Positions 8,738-18,643 of a stretch of DNA of 23,715 bases are shown piece by piece; the stretch's first letter is position 1; each line of letters opens with the position of its first letter. A program made the translations under genes and the position numbers. The notes under the pieces were generated by a model. It was not told the origin of the DNA, searched no databases, and saw nothing but the letters and a program-made list of their open reading frames with translations. This stretch comes from Candidatus Methylomirabilota bacterium (GTDB lineage Bacteria > Methylomirabilota > Methylomirabilia > Rokubacteriales > CSP1-6): positions 1 to 23,715 of the forward strand of contig JBKPAK010000322.1 in assembly GCA_046726415.1 (NCBI GenBank), read 5' to 3'.

Positions 8738-9773
8738 GTGACGGGCGCGTACCAGGTCGGGGCCTACTACTTTCCGGGCTGGCCGACCCAGGAGAAGTGG
8801 AAGGTACTCGACGCGTTTCCCGAGCGCCAGCCGCTCCTCGGCTATTACCGTGAGGGCGATCCCTCGGTGATGGACTGGCAGATCAAGTGGGCCGTCGAGC
8901 ACGGCATCTCGTTCTCCGCGTTTGACTGGTACTGGGACCGCGGCGGCCGCCAGCTCGAGCACGCGCTGCACGAGGGCTATCTGCCCGCGGTTCCGCCCTT
9001 TCATGAAGTTCTGTCTTCTTTGGGCGAACCACAACCCGCCGGGGTCGTCGTTGGAAGCGGACCTCTCTTGGCCATGACGGACTACTGGATCGCGACTACT
9101 TCCGGGAGCCTGACTACCTGAAGTTCGATGGCAAGCCGGTCGTGATCATCTTCACCCCTTCGCAGCTCCGCAAGGACATGGGGACCGACGCGGTGCGCGC
9201 GGCATTCGCCCGGATGCGCGAGCGGGCCAAGGCGGCGGGCCTTCCGGGGCTGTTCATCATGGGCGCGGCTCGGGAGCATCCGAAAGGGCTCGCCGCACTC
9301 GTACACGAAGGTACGACGCTGGCACGGGTTACAACTATCCTCACGCCGGCATGGCCGACGAGAAGGCTCGGTCCGCGCCGTACGCCCAGATGGTGGACAG
9401 CTACGCGCAGATCTGGTACAGCATTGCGACCCAGCGGGTCATCGACTATGCACCGGTAACCGAGCCCGGGTGGGATTCGCGCCCCTGGCATGGAGTCGAT
9501 GCGTTGGTCAGGACGGGCCGTAATCCGGACCTCTTTGAGGAGATGCTCAGGCGGGCGCGCGTGTTCACCGATCGGTATCCGCTGGCGGGCGGCAGGAGGC
9601 TGGTGCTGATCGAGGCCTGGAACGAGTACGGCGAAGGCGCGGCGATCGAGCCCCATCAGCAGTGGGGTTTCGCCTATCTCGACGCCGGCCGCCGCGTGTT
9701 TTCGGCGGAGCCCGGCGGCCACCGCGATCCTACTCCGGACGACCTAGGCCTCGCCGTTCCGCGGGCTCCGTGA
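8738..9773 (+). pseudogene. WbsX / glycoside hydrolase family 99-like protein, four frameshifts, inverted relative to its operon
   Basis: AYYFPGW, PLLGYY, WQIKWAVEHGI..FDWYW, MKFCLLWANH, YLKFDGKPVV, PGWDSRPW and IEAWNEYGEG..IEP join up across shifts near 8987, 9066, 9096 and 9311. Confidence 0.85.
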
Positions 9774-9804
9774 GACGGCCCGTTTACCACGAGGCCGCCG
9801 GGGT
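9770..9804 (+). other. Displaced 5' end of the flippase gene (GTG-RRPVYHEAAG-V)
   Basis: GTG overlaps the WbsX-like stop (GTGA). Joining at GGGT to the minus strand at 8736-8733 restores in-frame ..EAAGVAMLSTLGIGLAYARD. Confidence 0.7.
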
Positions 9805-10949
9805 CAGACTGCGATCTCGGCCTCGCGGTAGGCGCGGAGGACCTGGCTGACGGTGCGTTCCCAGGTGAAGGCCCAGGCGCGAGCGCGACCGCGGGTGGCG
9901 AGGTCGTGGCGCAGCGCCGCGTCGCCGAGGAGCCGCCCCATACCCGCAGCGATATCGTCGGGATCGCGCGGATCGACGTAGAGCGCGGCGTCTCCTGCCG
10001 CCTCGGGAAGGGCGGAGACCCGCGAGGTCAGCACGGGCGTGCCGCACGCCATGGCCTCGAGCACAGGCAGGCCGAAGCCTTCGCCGAAAGAGGGCAACAC
10101 GAGCGCGGCGGCCTGATGGTAAAGGGCGCGGAGAAGCTCGTCGTCGACGTAGCCAGTCAACACGACCCACTTGCCCAGGCCGAGCTTGTGAACGAGCGGA
10201 GCGAGCGTCAAGTCCCGATAGCGACCGACCGGCTCGCCGATCAGGACGAGCCGGACGTCCTCGGCCTCCGGGCGCGCGCGGAGCCGTGCGAATGCCCGGA
10301 GCAGCCCCGCTACGTTCTTGTGGGGGGCAAGGGCCCCCACGTAGAGAAGGAATCGCCCGGCGCCCACACGCCGCTCCGCCGCCAGCAGTCCTTCGGGACC
10401 AGGCGCGGCCAGGAAGAACGGATCGGTCCCCGGATGCGCGACCACGATCCTCTCCGGCGCCAGGTGATACCGCTCGCATAGCGTCTGCTTGACGTACTCC
10501 GAGAGGGCGAGCACCCGTCGGGCCTGGCGCAGCGCGAGCGGGATATGGGCGCGGAGCATGAGGTGGGCTGCGCGCGCCCCGGGCCCGCCCCAATGCTCGC
10601 GCTGGATTACTGGATGTATGTCGTGGATGGACACCACCGTCCTGCCCGGCCAGAGCCACGGCAGGAAGAAGCCGAGCGAGTGGTAGAGATCGACGCCGTC
10701 ACGCGCCAGGCGGACCGGCAGATTGACGTGCAGTCGGAGGAGCGTGAGCGGCGCGTCGGTGATCTTCGCGACGATTCGCGGGCCGCGGAGCGAGAAAAGC
10801 GGGTTCTCCCCGCGGTCATTGGCCCGGAAGTAGAGCACGTAGTCGTGGTCGCGGTCGAGGGCGAGGAGGCGCTCGACGAGCAGGGCGGCATAGCGGCCCG
10901 TCCCGCTTGCCCGCCGCGCAGCCAGGCTCGCGTCGAGGCCGATCCTCAC
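9804..10949 (-). CDS. GT4 glycosyltransferase (WbdA/MtfB-like family 1 type)
   Basis: [54 protein letters not shown] start overlaps the upstream TGA. Confidence 0.92.
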   Translation of the reverse strand: MRIGLDASLAARRASGTGRYAALLVERLLALDRDHDYVLYFRANDRGENPLFSLRGPRIVAKITDAPLTLLRLHVNLPVRLARDGVDLYHSLGFFLPWLWPGRTVVSIHDIHPVIQREHWGGPGARAAHLMLRAHIPLALRQARRVLALSEYVKQTLCERYHLAPERIVVAHPGTDPFFLAAPGPEGLLAAERRVGAGRFLLYVGALAPHKNVAGLLRAFARLRARPEAEDVRLVLIGEPVGRYRDLTLAPLVHKLGLGKWVVLTGYVDDELLRALYHQAAALVLPSFGEGFGLPVLEAMACGTPVLTSRVSALPEAAGDAALYVDPRDPDDIAAGMGRLLGDAALRHDLATRGRARAWAFTWERTVSQVLRAYREAEIAV

Positions 10950-12094
10950 GATCGCCGCCCAGCCGCCTCGTAGACCGCGAGTGTGGCCTCGGCCGTCCGG
11001 TCCCACGTACATGCGGCCGCCCGCCGGCGCCCGGCGTCGCGCGCCGCTGCCCGGCGCTCGGGATCGAGGATCATCTGCGCGAGCGCTCGCTCGAGCGAGG
11101 CCGCACTGCCAGGCTCGACGTACACGGCGGCGTCGCCGCCCACCTCGGGCAGCGACGCGGCGCGTGACGCAATGACGGGGCAGCCCGAGGCCATCGCCTC
11201 CAGCACAGGCAGTCCGAAGCCTTCGTAGAGAGACGGAACGGCCAAGCAGAGGGCGTGCTGGTACAGCCAGCGCAGGAAGCAGAGTGAGACGCCCTCGAGC
11301 ACGTGGATGCGCTCGCGATGGGCAGCGGCCGCTGGGAAGAGCGCGAGCGGGTCGAACGGAACGGAGGTGACCGAGACGAGGTGGGTAGCGAGCCGCTCCG
11401 CCTGCCAGAGCGCGGCCATCGCGGCGAACAGGGCGCGGAGGTTCTTGGTGGGAGCGGGCCCGCCCACATGCAGTACGAAACCCTCGGCGGGAAGCGCGTG
11501 CGCGCGCGGATCATCAGGGGGCGCGGGGAGCGCGGTGAAGAAACCATCGGCGGCGAGCGGGACGACGCTCAGGCGCGAGGCGGAAAGGCGGAGGTGCTCG
11601 ATGAGGTCTCGTCGGGTCGCCTCGGAGTCGCAGAGGATATGAGCAGCGCGCGCGCACGCGTCCAGCATGACCCGGTAGAAGATGCGGTGACGGCGGCGGG
11701 GCAGGGCGTCGGGAACGAGCAGGGGGATCAGGTCGTGGACAGTGACCACGACGGGCACGGTCTGCCAGAGAGGAACACCTGGCATCGAAGCGTTGGTGGC
11801 GACGCCGGGGACATGGAGGACATCGAGGCCGAGGCAGTGGGCGACGAGCGGAAGCGCGAGCTGGTGGGAGAGCAGAGCTCGACCGCGCCCAAGGGGCGGT
11901 ACGGGGAGAACCGTCAGCCGGAACCACTCAGGCAGCGGCGGCAGGTCGAGAGCCGGGGCCGCATATGCGATAAGCGCGTACTCGTGCACGGGCGCCCGGC
12001 CAGCCAGCGCCCCGACTAGGCCGCGGAGGTAGGATCCGATCCCATGCCGTCCTTGGCGGACCTGCAGCATCGTGACGTCCAGCCCGATCCTCAT
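10946..12094 (-). CDS. GT4 glycosyltransferase
   Basis: [48 protein letters not shown] coupling at 12091-12094. Confidence 0.92.
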   Translation of the reverse strand: MRIGLDVTMLQVRQGRHGIGSYLRGLVGALAGRAPVHEYALIAYAAPALDLPPLPEWFRLTVLPVPPLGRGRALLSHQLALPLVAHCLGLDVLHVPGVATNASMPGVPLWQTVPVVVTVHDLIPLLVPDALPRRRHRIFYRVMLDACARAAHILCDSEATRRDLIEHLRLSASRLSVVPLAADGFFTALPAPPDDPRAHALPAEGFVLHVGGPAPTKNLRALFAAMAALWQAERLATHLVSVTSVPFDPLALFPAAAAHRERIHVLEGVSLCFLRWLYQHALCLAVPSLYEGFGLPVLEAMASGCPVIASRAASLPEVGGDAAVYVEPGSAASLERALAQMILDPERRAAARDAGRRRAAACTWDRTAEATLAVYEAAGRRS

Positions 12095-12440
12095 CGCACC
12101 CCACCCCATGTCTGCAGCCATAGCCGGCGGCGCGCCCATGGCGTCAGCCCCTTCCAGAGGGTTGCGGTGACGGCGAGGGCGGGAACTGCCGCGGCAAATG
12201 GACCGTCCGCGCAAAGGGCTCGGCCGACGGCGCCGCAGAGCCCGGCTCCTGCCGCGGTGAGGAGGGTAGGCCCGAGCAGAACGACGCGCGCGGGGCGGCC
12301 GAGGCCGCAGAGACGAATCACGGGCAGGGCACCCTCGGTGACGAGGCTAGCCGATGCAGCTCCCATTCGCCCCGCGCACGGGATCAGCACCACACGGCCA
12401 GGTTGAACGAGGCGAGGATCTCCGGCGCGGCGACGCCCAT
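12091..12440 (-). pseudogene. Short remnant resembling the C-terminus of a Wzx-type flippase
   Basis: FNLAV / VLIP..GRMGAASASLVTE resembles the N..LIP..G..GAA.A....E signature of flippase C-terminal domains. Frameshift near 12395; far too short for a full flippase. Confidence 0.55.
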
Positions 12441-12466
12441 CGGCGCTTTACGCGACAGCGGGCACG

Positions 12467-13741
12467 TTACGCAGAGGGTGCATCGCTGTTCATGGCCGCG
12501 GTTAGGAAGCCGAGATAGACATACGGGTACATGAGCCAAAAGCCATGCGTGAACTGATACGCGAACAGCAGCGCGACGCCGGCGGCGAGAAGCGGAACGA
12601 GCACGGGTCGCGCCGCGCCGTCGGCGACCCGGAGTGCCCGTCGAGCCGCAACAACCACGACCGTCACCAGCCCCACGAGACTGGCGAGGCCGAGAAGCCC
12701 GGAATCGTGGAGGACGAACAGGACAAGGTTGCCGTTCCAGGGCTTCACCTGCGGTGGGGGCACGATGGTGGGCAGCTTGAGGCTGTTGGTCGATCCGGCG
12801 CCTTGGCCCAAGAAAGGCCGCTCACGGGACGACTCGATCGTCGCCTCGTTGATCTCGACGCGTCCGGCCATGTTGTAGTCTTTGCCCATCTTGAGTGGCT
12901 TGACGATCCGGTGGTACAGAGGCGAGCCACCGAGGGCCCCCGCCTGCACGACGAAGCCCAGGGCGACGACGGCGACGAGGGCGCCAACCTGTTGCCTCGT
13001 AGGCCGTCTCGCCCAGAGCCAAAAGGCCAGGAGCCCCGTCATGGAGACCCACGCGGCCCGCGTGAGACCAAACACGAGCCCCAGAGCGATCCCGCTCACG
13101 GGCAAGAATCCGCTCCACTGACGCGGGCGGCTATCCGCCGTTCTCGGCTGCCAGGCCCAGAGCGCGAGGGCGAAGGCGACGAGGAGGAAGCTGCTGTACA
13201 GATTCCATTCGTTGAAGGTGACTTTGGCGGCATAGAAGATAACGCTGACGCCGGGCCGGATCTCCGCAAACTCGGAGGCGCCGGTACCCCAGAGGGGCGT
13301 CTGCCAGAAGTTGGCGAGGAGGCTGAGGAGAGCGCCGGCGAACCCGAGGATGGCGCCGATCGCAATCCATAACCGCGCGGCTCGCCACAGTCCCTCGCGC
13401 CTTGCGCTCCACTCGCACGTGAGGGCGAAGCAGGCGAACCCGAGGATGTAGATGGAGGAGAACTTCGGTCCCTGGGACCATGACGAGGCGGCGAGAAGGG
13501 CGGTGAGCACCTGGATGACCGTGAACGCGGCGAGCGCTGAGTGAACGGGTGTCCAGCGCAGCCCTCCGCGAACCGCGACGAGGGCCGCCGCGGCCACCGC
13601 TGCGAGTCCCAACAGGCGATCGCCGGTGAACGTGAGGCTGCCGGCGACCAGGAGCGGCGCTGAGTACGCGCTGGCGGAAATCAGCAGGAAAAGCCCGAGC
13701 TGCCTTGGCCCGATTCGCCAGGACGTCACACTCTGCGCCAT
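12467..13741 (-). CDS. O-antigen ligase / Wzy polymerase-like integral membrane protein
   Basis: About 10-12 hydrophobic segments; GLTRAAW, GR..I......RERPFLGQGAGS, N.VLFVLHDSGLLGL. Start uncertain (13741; frame open to 13846). Confidence 0.82.
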   Translation of the reverse strand: MAQSVTSWRIGPRQLGLFLLISASAYSAPLLVAGSLTFTGDRLLGLAAVAAAALVAVRGGLRWTPVHSALAAFTVIQVLTALLAASSWSQGPKFSSIYILGFACFALTCEWSARREGLWRAARLWIAIGAILGFAGALLSLLANFWQTPLWGTGASEFAEIRPGVSVIFYAAKVTFNEWNLYSSFLLVAFALALWAWQPRTADSRPRQWSGFLPVSGIALGLVFGLTRAAWVSMTGLLAFWLWARRPTRQQVGALVAVVALGFVVQAGALGGSPLYHRIVKPLKMGKDYNMAGRVEINEATIESSRERPFLGQGAGSTNSLKLPTIVPPPQVKPWNGNLVLFVLHDSGLLGLASLVGLVTVVVVAARRALRVADGAARPVLVPLLAAGVALLFAYQFTHGFWLMYPYVYLGFLTAAMNSDAPSA

Positions 13742-14389
13742 GAATCGCACTGGCCTCCCCCAGGTGTCAATCGAGATTCCATCGCGACGATGCACCGACT
13801 CCTCCCTTCGCGCTGGTAATGGCCGACCGTGTCTCGCGTGTCGCATCAGTCCTTCCGTTCTGAGGGACAGAGTCGTGCTGGGGGCGCCACGCGTTGGTCC
13901 TGACCCTGGTTCTGACGCATCAGCTGGAGCTCGGCCCTCGCTCCACGATCCTCATCGCCCACCAGATCCCCGGGCTGGCGAGCACGTGCTCCTGCCAGCG
14001 AGTACCGAGCTCCCGCCTGTTCAGGAGCTCTTCACTCATCCCTACCCCCGACGATGGGGGTGCGTTCGAACATCGTCCTGGCCATGCGGTCGAGAGTCAG
14101 TGTCGTTACGAGCTTCGAGCCCGCGGCCCCGACGTTGGCCAGCGCGGTCCTCCTTCGGTCCCTAGATTAGACCAGGAGCCCTCATGCGTGCCAACGGGAA
14201 TTCAGGCCGAGATGGCGCCGTCGTCACAGTTTCGTCGTAGCTCAGACGTTAGTGTTCCAACCCTCAGAAGTGAGGGGTTGCCATGCGCCCGGCCGCGACG
14301 CCGGGGTCGCAGGTGAGAGTGACAACGTACGACCGACGACGGGGGACGACGATCGTCCCACGCTTTCCGCGCGAGCTTCTCTCCGGGGG

Positions 14390-14520
14390 TGGTTCGCCCG
14401 CTGCTCCAACCGGTCGACCAGCGTCCACGAACAGATGCCGCCGGTGGGCCCCGACGCGCCACTCGCCTCCCACGCTACCTCCATCGCCCGGGCGACCTCG
14501 GGCCCGTACTGCTGCGACCG
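14390..14520 (-). pseudogene. Possible eroded transposase fragment
   Basis: YGPEVARAMEVAWEASG..ICS.TLVDRLEQ/GE recalls the N-terminal region of integrase-domain transposases. Recognised from memory only; no catalytic core is present. Confidence 0.35.
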
Positions 14521-14704
14521 GCTTGCCCAGCGGCACGCCTCCTGCCTGCATTCGGTAAGCCTGACGCTTGAGTCTCGACGGAACATTCGGTAAGCGGAGT
14601 TTGGAGTCACTGGGCGTTCAGCCATGCTTGCCTCTCAGCGTGTATGCTCAGGCTGCGGATGATGTCCTGGGACACGGGCCGATACTGGCGACTCCGGAGA
14701 CGCC

Positions 14705-15436
14705 ATGAGTAGGGCGCGACCCGAGCCGGACATCTCGGTAGTGGTTCTCTGCTATCGCGCGGAGGATTTCGCGCCCGTTTTCGTGGCCAGGATGAAGGAC
14801 GTCCTGGAGCGGAACCGCCTCTCGTATGAACTGGTCCTCGTTGCCAATTGCCATCCACACGCAAAGCCGCCCGAACGCACGCCCGAGATCGTCCGCGAGC
14901 TGGCTCGAAACGATCCCACCCTGACCGTGGTCGCCCGGCCCAAAAAAGGCATGATGGGATGGGACATGCGCAGCGGGCTCGCGGTCGCCTCGGGGAAGAC
15001 GGTGGCCGTCATCGACGGTGATGGCCAAATGCCACCAGAAGATGTCGTCGCTGTGTACGAGTGTCTCCGCCGGGAAGGCTGCGACCTCGCCCAGACCTTT
15101 CGTACAGTGCGCCACGATGGCCGGCTCCGCGGCCTCGTGTCCCGCATCTACAACATTGTCTTGAGGTGCCTGTTTCCGAGGGTCAAGGTGCGCGATGCGA
15201 ACGGCAAGCCCAAGATCTTCACCCGGGAGGCGTTGGCGAGGCTGTCGCTACACTCGGACGCTTGGTTCATCGATGCCGAGATCATCATCCAGGCGAGTGC
15301 GTTGAACTTCAGGATTGGCGAAGTGCCAACCGTATTCCTTGCGAACGAGCGGCGTCCTTCGTTCGTCACTCCACAGGCAATCCTCGGTTTCGCCTGTCAA
15401 CTCCTCCTGTATCGCTTGAAGACGCTGTGGCGCTAA
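14705..15436 (+). CDS. GT2 glycosyltransferase, polyprenol-phosphate (DPM1-like) type
   Basis: ISVVVLCY, YELVLV, VIDGDGQMPP (DxD), DANG..KIF.R, WFIDAEII, EVPTVF; GGAG upstream. Confidence 0.88.
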   Translation: MSRARPEPDISVVVLCYRAEDFAPVFVARMKDVLERNRLSYELVLVANCHPHAKPPERTPEIVRELARNDPTLTVVARPKKGMMGWDMRSGLAVASGKTVAVIDGDGQMPPEDVVAVYECLRREGCDLAQTFRTVRHDGRLRGLVSRIYNIVLRCLFPRVKVRDANGKPKIFTREALARLSLHSDAWFIDAEIIIQASALNFRIGEVPTVFLANERRPSFVTPQAILGFACQLLLYRLKTLWR

Positions 15437-15507
15437 AGCCTCGCTGTGCCGCATCGTCGCCGGTGCGTCTGGCATCGCGCGCGGCCCTCTGTGTCACGAA
15501 TCCTTCG

Positions 15508-16665
15508 TCAGGACTCATTCCCCGGGCGTGGGCGACCCAGGACGCCTTCGATGACGTGACTAAGCCTGGGCGCGCTGACTTCCAGTGAATGGCGCGCTCT
15601 GATCACCTTGCTCAGGTCGGCACCAATCGCGGCGCGACGGGGAGCATCCAGGATGAGTGACGCCAACGCGTTCGCCATCGCCGGCAAGTCGAGATAGGGA
15701 ACCGAAACACCACCGCCGGTGGCCACCAGCTCGTCGGCGCCCCCGGCTCCCGCAAAGCAGACCAGTGGCTTCGCCAAGGCACCTGCCTCGAGCATGACGA
15801 GGGGAAAGGGATCCTCGCGAGAGAGCAAAGCGAGGACATCTATCGCAGCAAAATAATCCAGCGGATTTTCCCTATTCCCGACGAAGTGAACGAAGCCCTC
15901 CAACCTGGCCGCCCGCACATCGTAGAGGGCCTGGGCGTGCTGGTAGGAGGCCGTGTGGCCACCGATCCACACGAAGTGCGCGACAACGCCCGGCAATTGC
16001 CGGAGGGTGAGGAGGGCCACCGGTACGAACAAATCGGCACCCTTCCGCCAATCCAGCGTGCCGCCTGCTCCAACCACCACCGCGTGCTCGGGAATGCCCA
16101 GTTCCCCTCGGATGGTCCGGCGTGACGATTCCTGGCCGTCCGCGGAAGCCGGCAGTGGCACGAACTCATGAATCAGCTCAACCTTCTCCGGCGGCACCCC
16201 GTACCGATCGACAAGATCGCGGCGGACGGCGCCCGAGACAGCGATCAGCTTCGCCACCTTGGGATGCGTCGCGTTGAAACGGGTGGCGCCGGCGTGGGCG
16301 CGGATCGAGTAATCCATCTCATGGATATGCCAGACAACCGGGCAACGGCCGGCGGCGATGTCGATGGCATGGCCACCGCTCACCACCGTATTTGCATACA
16401 CGACGTCGAAGCGACGAGCGCGCAGCCGGGCGATCACCCACCGAGCCCGGATCCGGGCGGCGAGCCAGCGGGTGGGACGGGAGGAGTGGCGCGAGAGGAC
16501 GACGGTGGAAGCGACGGCCTCGAACTCCCTCTCGAGCACTCCACCCTTGAGCAGGAGCACGTCGAATTCGCACTCTCGCCGCGCCCGCAGCCACTTGAGG
16601 TAGTGAAGAAGGAGAATCGGTGCCCCCGTCCGCGATGCGTCGTGCGAAATGAACAGCGCCCGCAT
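15508..16665 (-). CDS. GT4 glycosyltransferase
   Basis: LFISHDASRTGAPILLL, VYANTV, VWHIHEM, DWRKGADLF, SREDPFPLVMLEA. Confidence 0.92.
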   Translation of the reverse strand: MRALFISHDASRTGAPILLLHYLKWLRARRECEFDVLLLKGGVLEREFEAVASTVVLSRHSSRPTRWLAARIRARWVIARLRARRFDVVYANTVVSGGHAIDIAAGRCPVVWHIHEMDYSIRAHAGATRFNATHPKVAKLIAVSGAVRRDLVDRYGVPPEKVELIHEFVPLPASADGQESSRRTIRGELGIPEHAVVVGAGGTLDWRKGADLFVPVALLTLRQLPGVVAHFVWIGGHTASYQHAQALYDVRAARLEGFVHFVGNRENPLDYFAAIDVLALLSREDPFPLVMLEAGALAKPLVCFAGAGGADELVATGGGVSVPYLDLPAMANALASLILDAPRRAAIGADLSKVIRARHSLEVSAPRLSHVIEGVLGRPRPGNES

Positions 16666-16693
16666 CAATGGCAAAAGACGGAGACGTTCCGCC

Positions 16694-17443
16694 TCACCTC
16701 TTCTCCAGCAACGCCACGTTCGCCAGGTAGATGGGATACGGGTCGCCGCCGAACGCGAAGCGCGTCTGAAAGACCCGTCGCCGCAAGGCGAGGTAGGTCA
16801 GCTTGAGCACGGCGCGGCCGAGGCGGGCCGCCATCTTGTCGAGCAGCCGGTTCTGCAGGGGCCGCAGGTTGTTGTAATTCGCACCCAGCAGCGTGCCCAG
16901 AACGTCCCAGGACGTGCCGACCTTCTCCATGCTCAACGGCTGCAGTCCGTAGCGCTCGGCGAAGAAGCTCAGGGCATAGACGGTGGGCCGCCAGAAGTCG
17001 TAGGGCTGTTCGTGCAGCACGTAGAAGTGCGGGCAGGTGATCAAAATTCGCCCGCCCGACGCCAGCAGCCGCTGGAAATTGGCGAACGCCTTGTCCCAGT
17101 CAGCGACGTGCTCCAGCACTTCGGCGCAGAGAATGAAGTCGAACGGGCCCCTCGCCATCAGCGCCGGCGGCAGGTCCTTGTCAATTTCGGCCACGTGGTC
17201 GACGATTCCCAGCGGGTCTTGGGCATCGACGCTGATATAGGCGTGTCGTCGCGCGTCAAAGAATGACCGGAAGGGCTGACCCCCGCACCCCACGTCGAGC
17301 ACCTTGTAACCCGGCGCGTTCGCCGGAAGTGTTTCGAGGACACTCTCGATCTTGGCTTTCAGCAACGGGACAATGAACCCCTCGACGGGGAGACCCGGCC
17401 GATACTCCCTCCGCTCGATGAGAGTCGGTCTGTCCATCGGCAT
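16694..17443 (-). CDS. Class I SAM-dependent methyltransferase
   Basis: VLDVGCGGQPF, FDFILCAEVLEHV, GGRILITCP..HEQPYDFWR. Start uncertain (17437, 17443 or 17467). Confidence 0.88.
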   Translation of the reverse strand: MPMDRPTLIERREYRPGLPVEGFIVPLLKAKIESVLETLPANAPGYKVLDVGCGGQPFRSFFDARRHAYISVDAQDPLGIVDHVAEIDKDLPPALMARGPFDFILCAEVLEHVADWDKAFANFQRLLASGGRILITCPHFYVLHEQPYDFWRPTVYALSFFAERYGLQPLSMEKVGTSWDVLGTLLGANYNNLRPLQNRLLDKMAARLGRAVLKLTYLALRRRVFQTRFAFGGDPYPIYLANVALLEKR

Positions 17444-17747
17444 TTGGGCGCGCTCGGAGGGAGTCATCGAGCTGGGGGGGCCGGGCGAACGGAACAGACC
17501 ACGTGGCGCGTCCTCTCTGCTGTCGCCGGACGGGTGGGGCACCTCACCCATCATTGGACTGGTACTCTCGATGGCGAAATCCGATGCTTTGGCCATACCA
17601 TAGCACGCCCGCAGGGGCTGCGATGGGTGGGCCAGCGGCGAGATCGACGGGACGGGCGTTGACGAACGCGTAGACGTAACGACGCAGAAGGTGACGACCC
17701 CGGCGCACCCATGAGGGCCGGGGGGGGACGCGCCTGAGAGGTGCCCG

Positions 17748-18638
17748 ATGTCCATGCGATCACTCGGAAGATTCGTGAACCGGGCGCTGGCTCCCGTCGG
17801 ACTTCGCATCGCCCGGGCCAACGACGCGTCGGCGCTCGCGCTCGCCGGCCAGACCGCCGCCCACGTCGAGGCCGAGCTTGAGTACTGGCGGGGCCAACTC
17901 ACAGAGCTGATGCGCTCGCGCTACGGACTGGAGCTGAATCCGATCCAGGTGGACGTGGCGGCGGCGCCCGCCGCGGAGCTCGTGGCCCAGATCCAGAACC
18001 CGAACAAGGCCAACCGCACCAACTTCATCGCCTCCGGCCTTCGTCAAGCTTGCCTGTACCTTCGCGAGCTGCACGACTACGGCTACGACCCGCGGCGCTT
18101 CCGGCGGATCCTGGAGCACGGCGTGGGCCTGGGGCGCCTGATTCGCCACTACTTCCCGTTCCCGGCCGAGCTGCACGGTTGCGACGTCACCGATGCGGCA
18201 CTGGACTTCACTAGGGCGTCGCTCGGCCACCGCGTACGCCTCGAGCGGACCAGCCTTCAGCCCCCGCTGCCGTACGATGCCGACAGCTTCGACTACGTCT
18301 ACTCCAACTCGGTGTTCACCCACATCCGCCAGGCCGACACCCCGGGCTGGATCGCGGAGCTGGCACGCGTGGCCCGGGCCGGCGCCTGCGTGATCGCGAC
18401 CGTTATCGAGCCGAATCGGTACCTGGCACACCTCGCGGAGCGTGAATTCGACGCCCGCACCGCCAGCGGTCACTATGAGTGGGGCCGGACTGACACCGTC
18501 CGCGAGAACTTCCTCTACTCCAGCGACCAGGAGCTCCTGCGGGTGTGGGGAGCGTGCTTCGACGTCCTGGAGCTGCGCCGACAATTCAAAGACCAGAGCC
18601 ACCTGATCCTGCGCAAGCGCGCGGCGGCCGGGAGGTGA
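17748..18638 (+). CDS. Class I SAM-dependent methyltransferase
   Basis: ILEHGVGLGRL, HGCDV, PPLPYDADSFDYVYSNSVFTHI, WIAELARV; GAGG upstream. Confidence 0.88.
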   Translation: MSMRSLGRFVNRALAPVGLRIARANDASALALAGQTAAHVEAELEYWRGQLTELMRSRYGLELNPIQVDVAAAPAAELVAQIQNPNKANRTNFIASGLRQACLYLRELHDYGYDPRRFRRILEHGVGLGRLIRHYFPFPAELHGCDVTDAALDFTRASLGHRVRLERTSLQPPLPYDADSFDYVYSNSVFTHIRQADTPGWIAELARVARAGACVIATVIEPNRYLAHLAEREFDARTASGHYEWGRTDTVRENFLYSSDQELLRVWGACFDVLELRRQFKDQSHLILRKRAAAGR

Positions 18639-18643
18639 CGCTC

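Noticed and set aside
8737..9034. N-terminal ~100 aa of the 368-aa ORF 7928..9034 (-)
   Set aside because: Antisense of the WbsX-like gene, joined to the flippase only by the inversion junction.
8733..9804. Active invertase-driven phase-variation switch
   Set aside because: Only 4-7 bp of breakpoint homology, no recombinase in the window, and both affected genes carry further lesions; a one-off inversion is more parsimonious.
12091..12440. Idea that this remnant is the missing C-terminus of the flippase at 7856-8736
   Set aside because: It lies upstream on the same strand and keeps its own coupling to the next GT4; the missing part is better explained by the IS-associated deletion.
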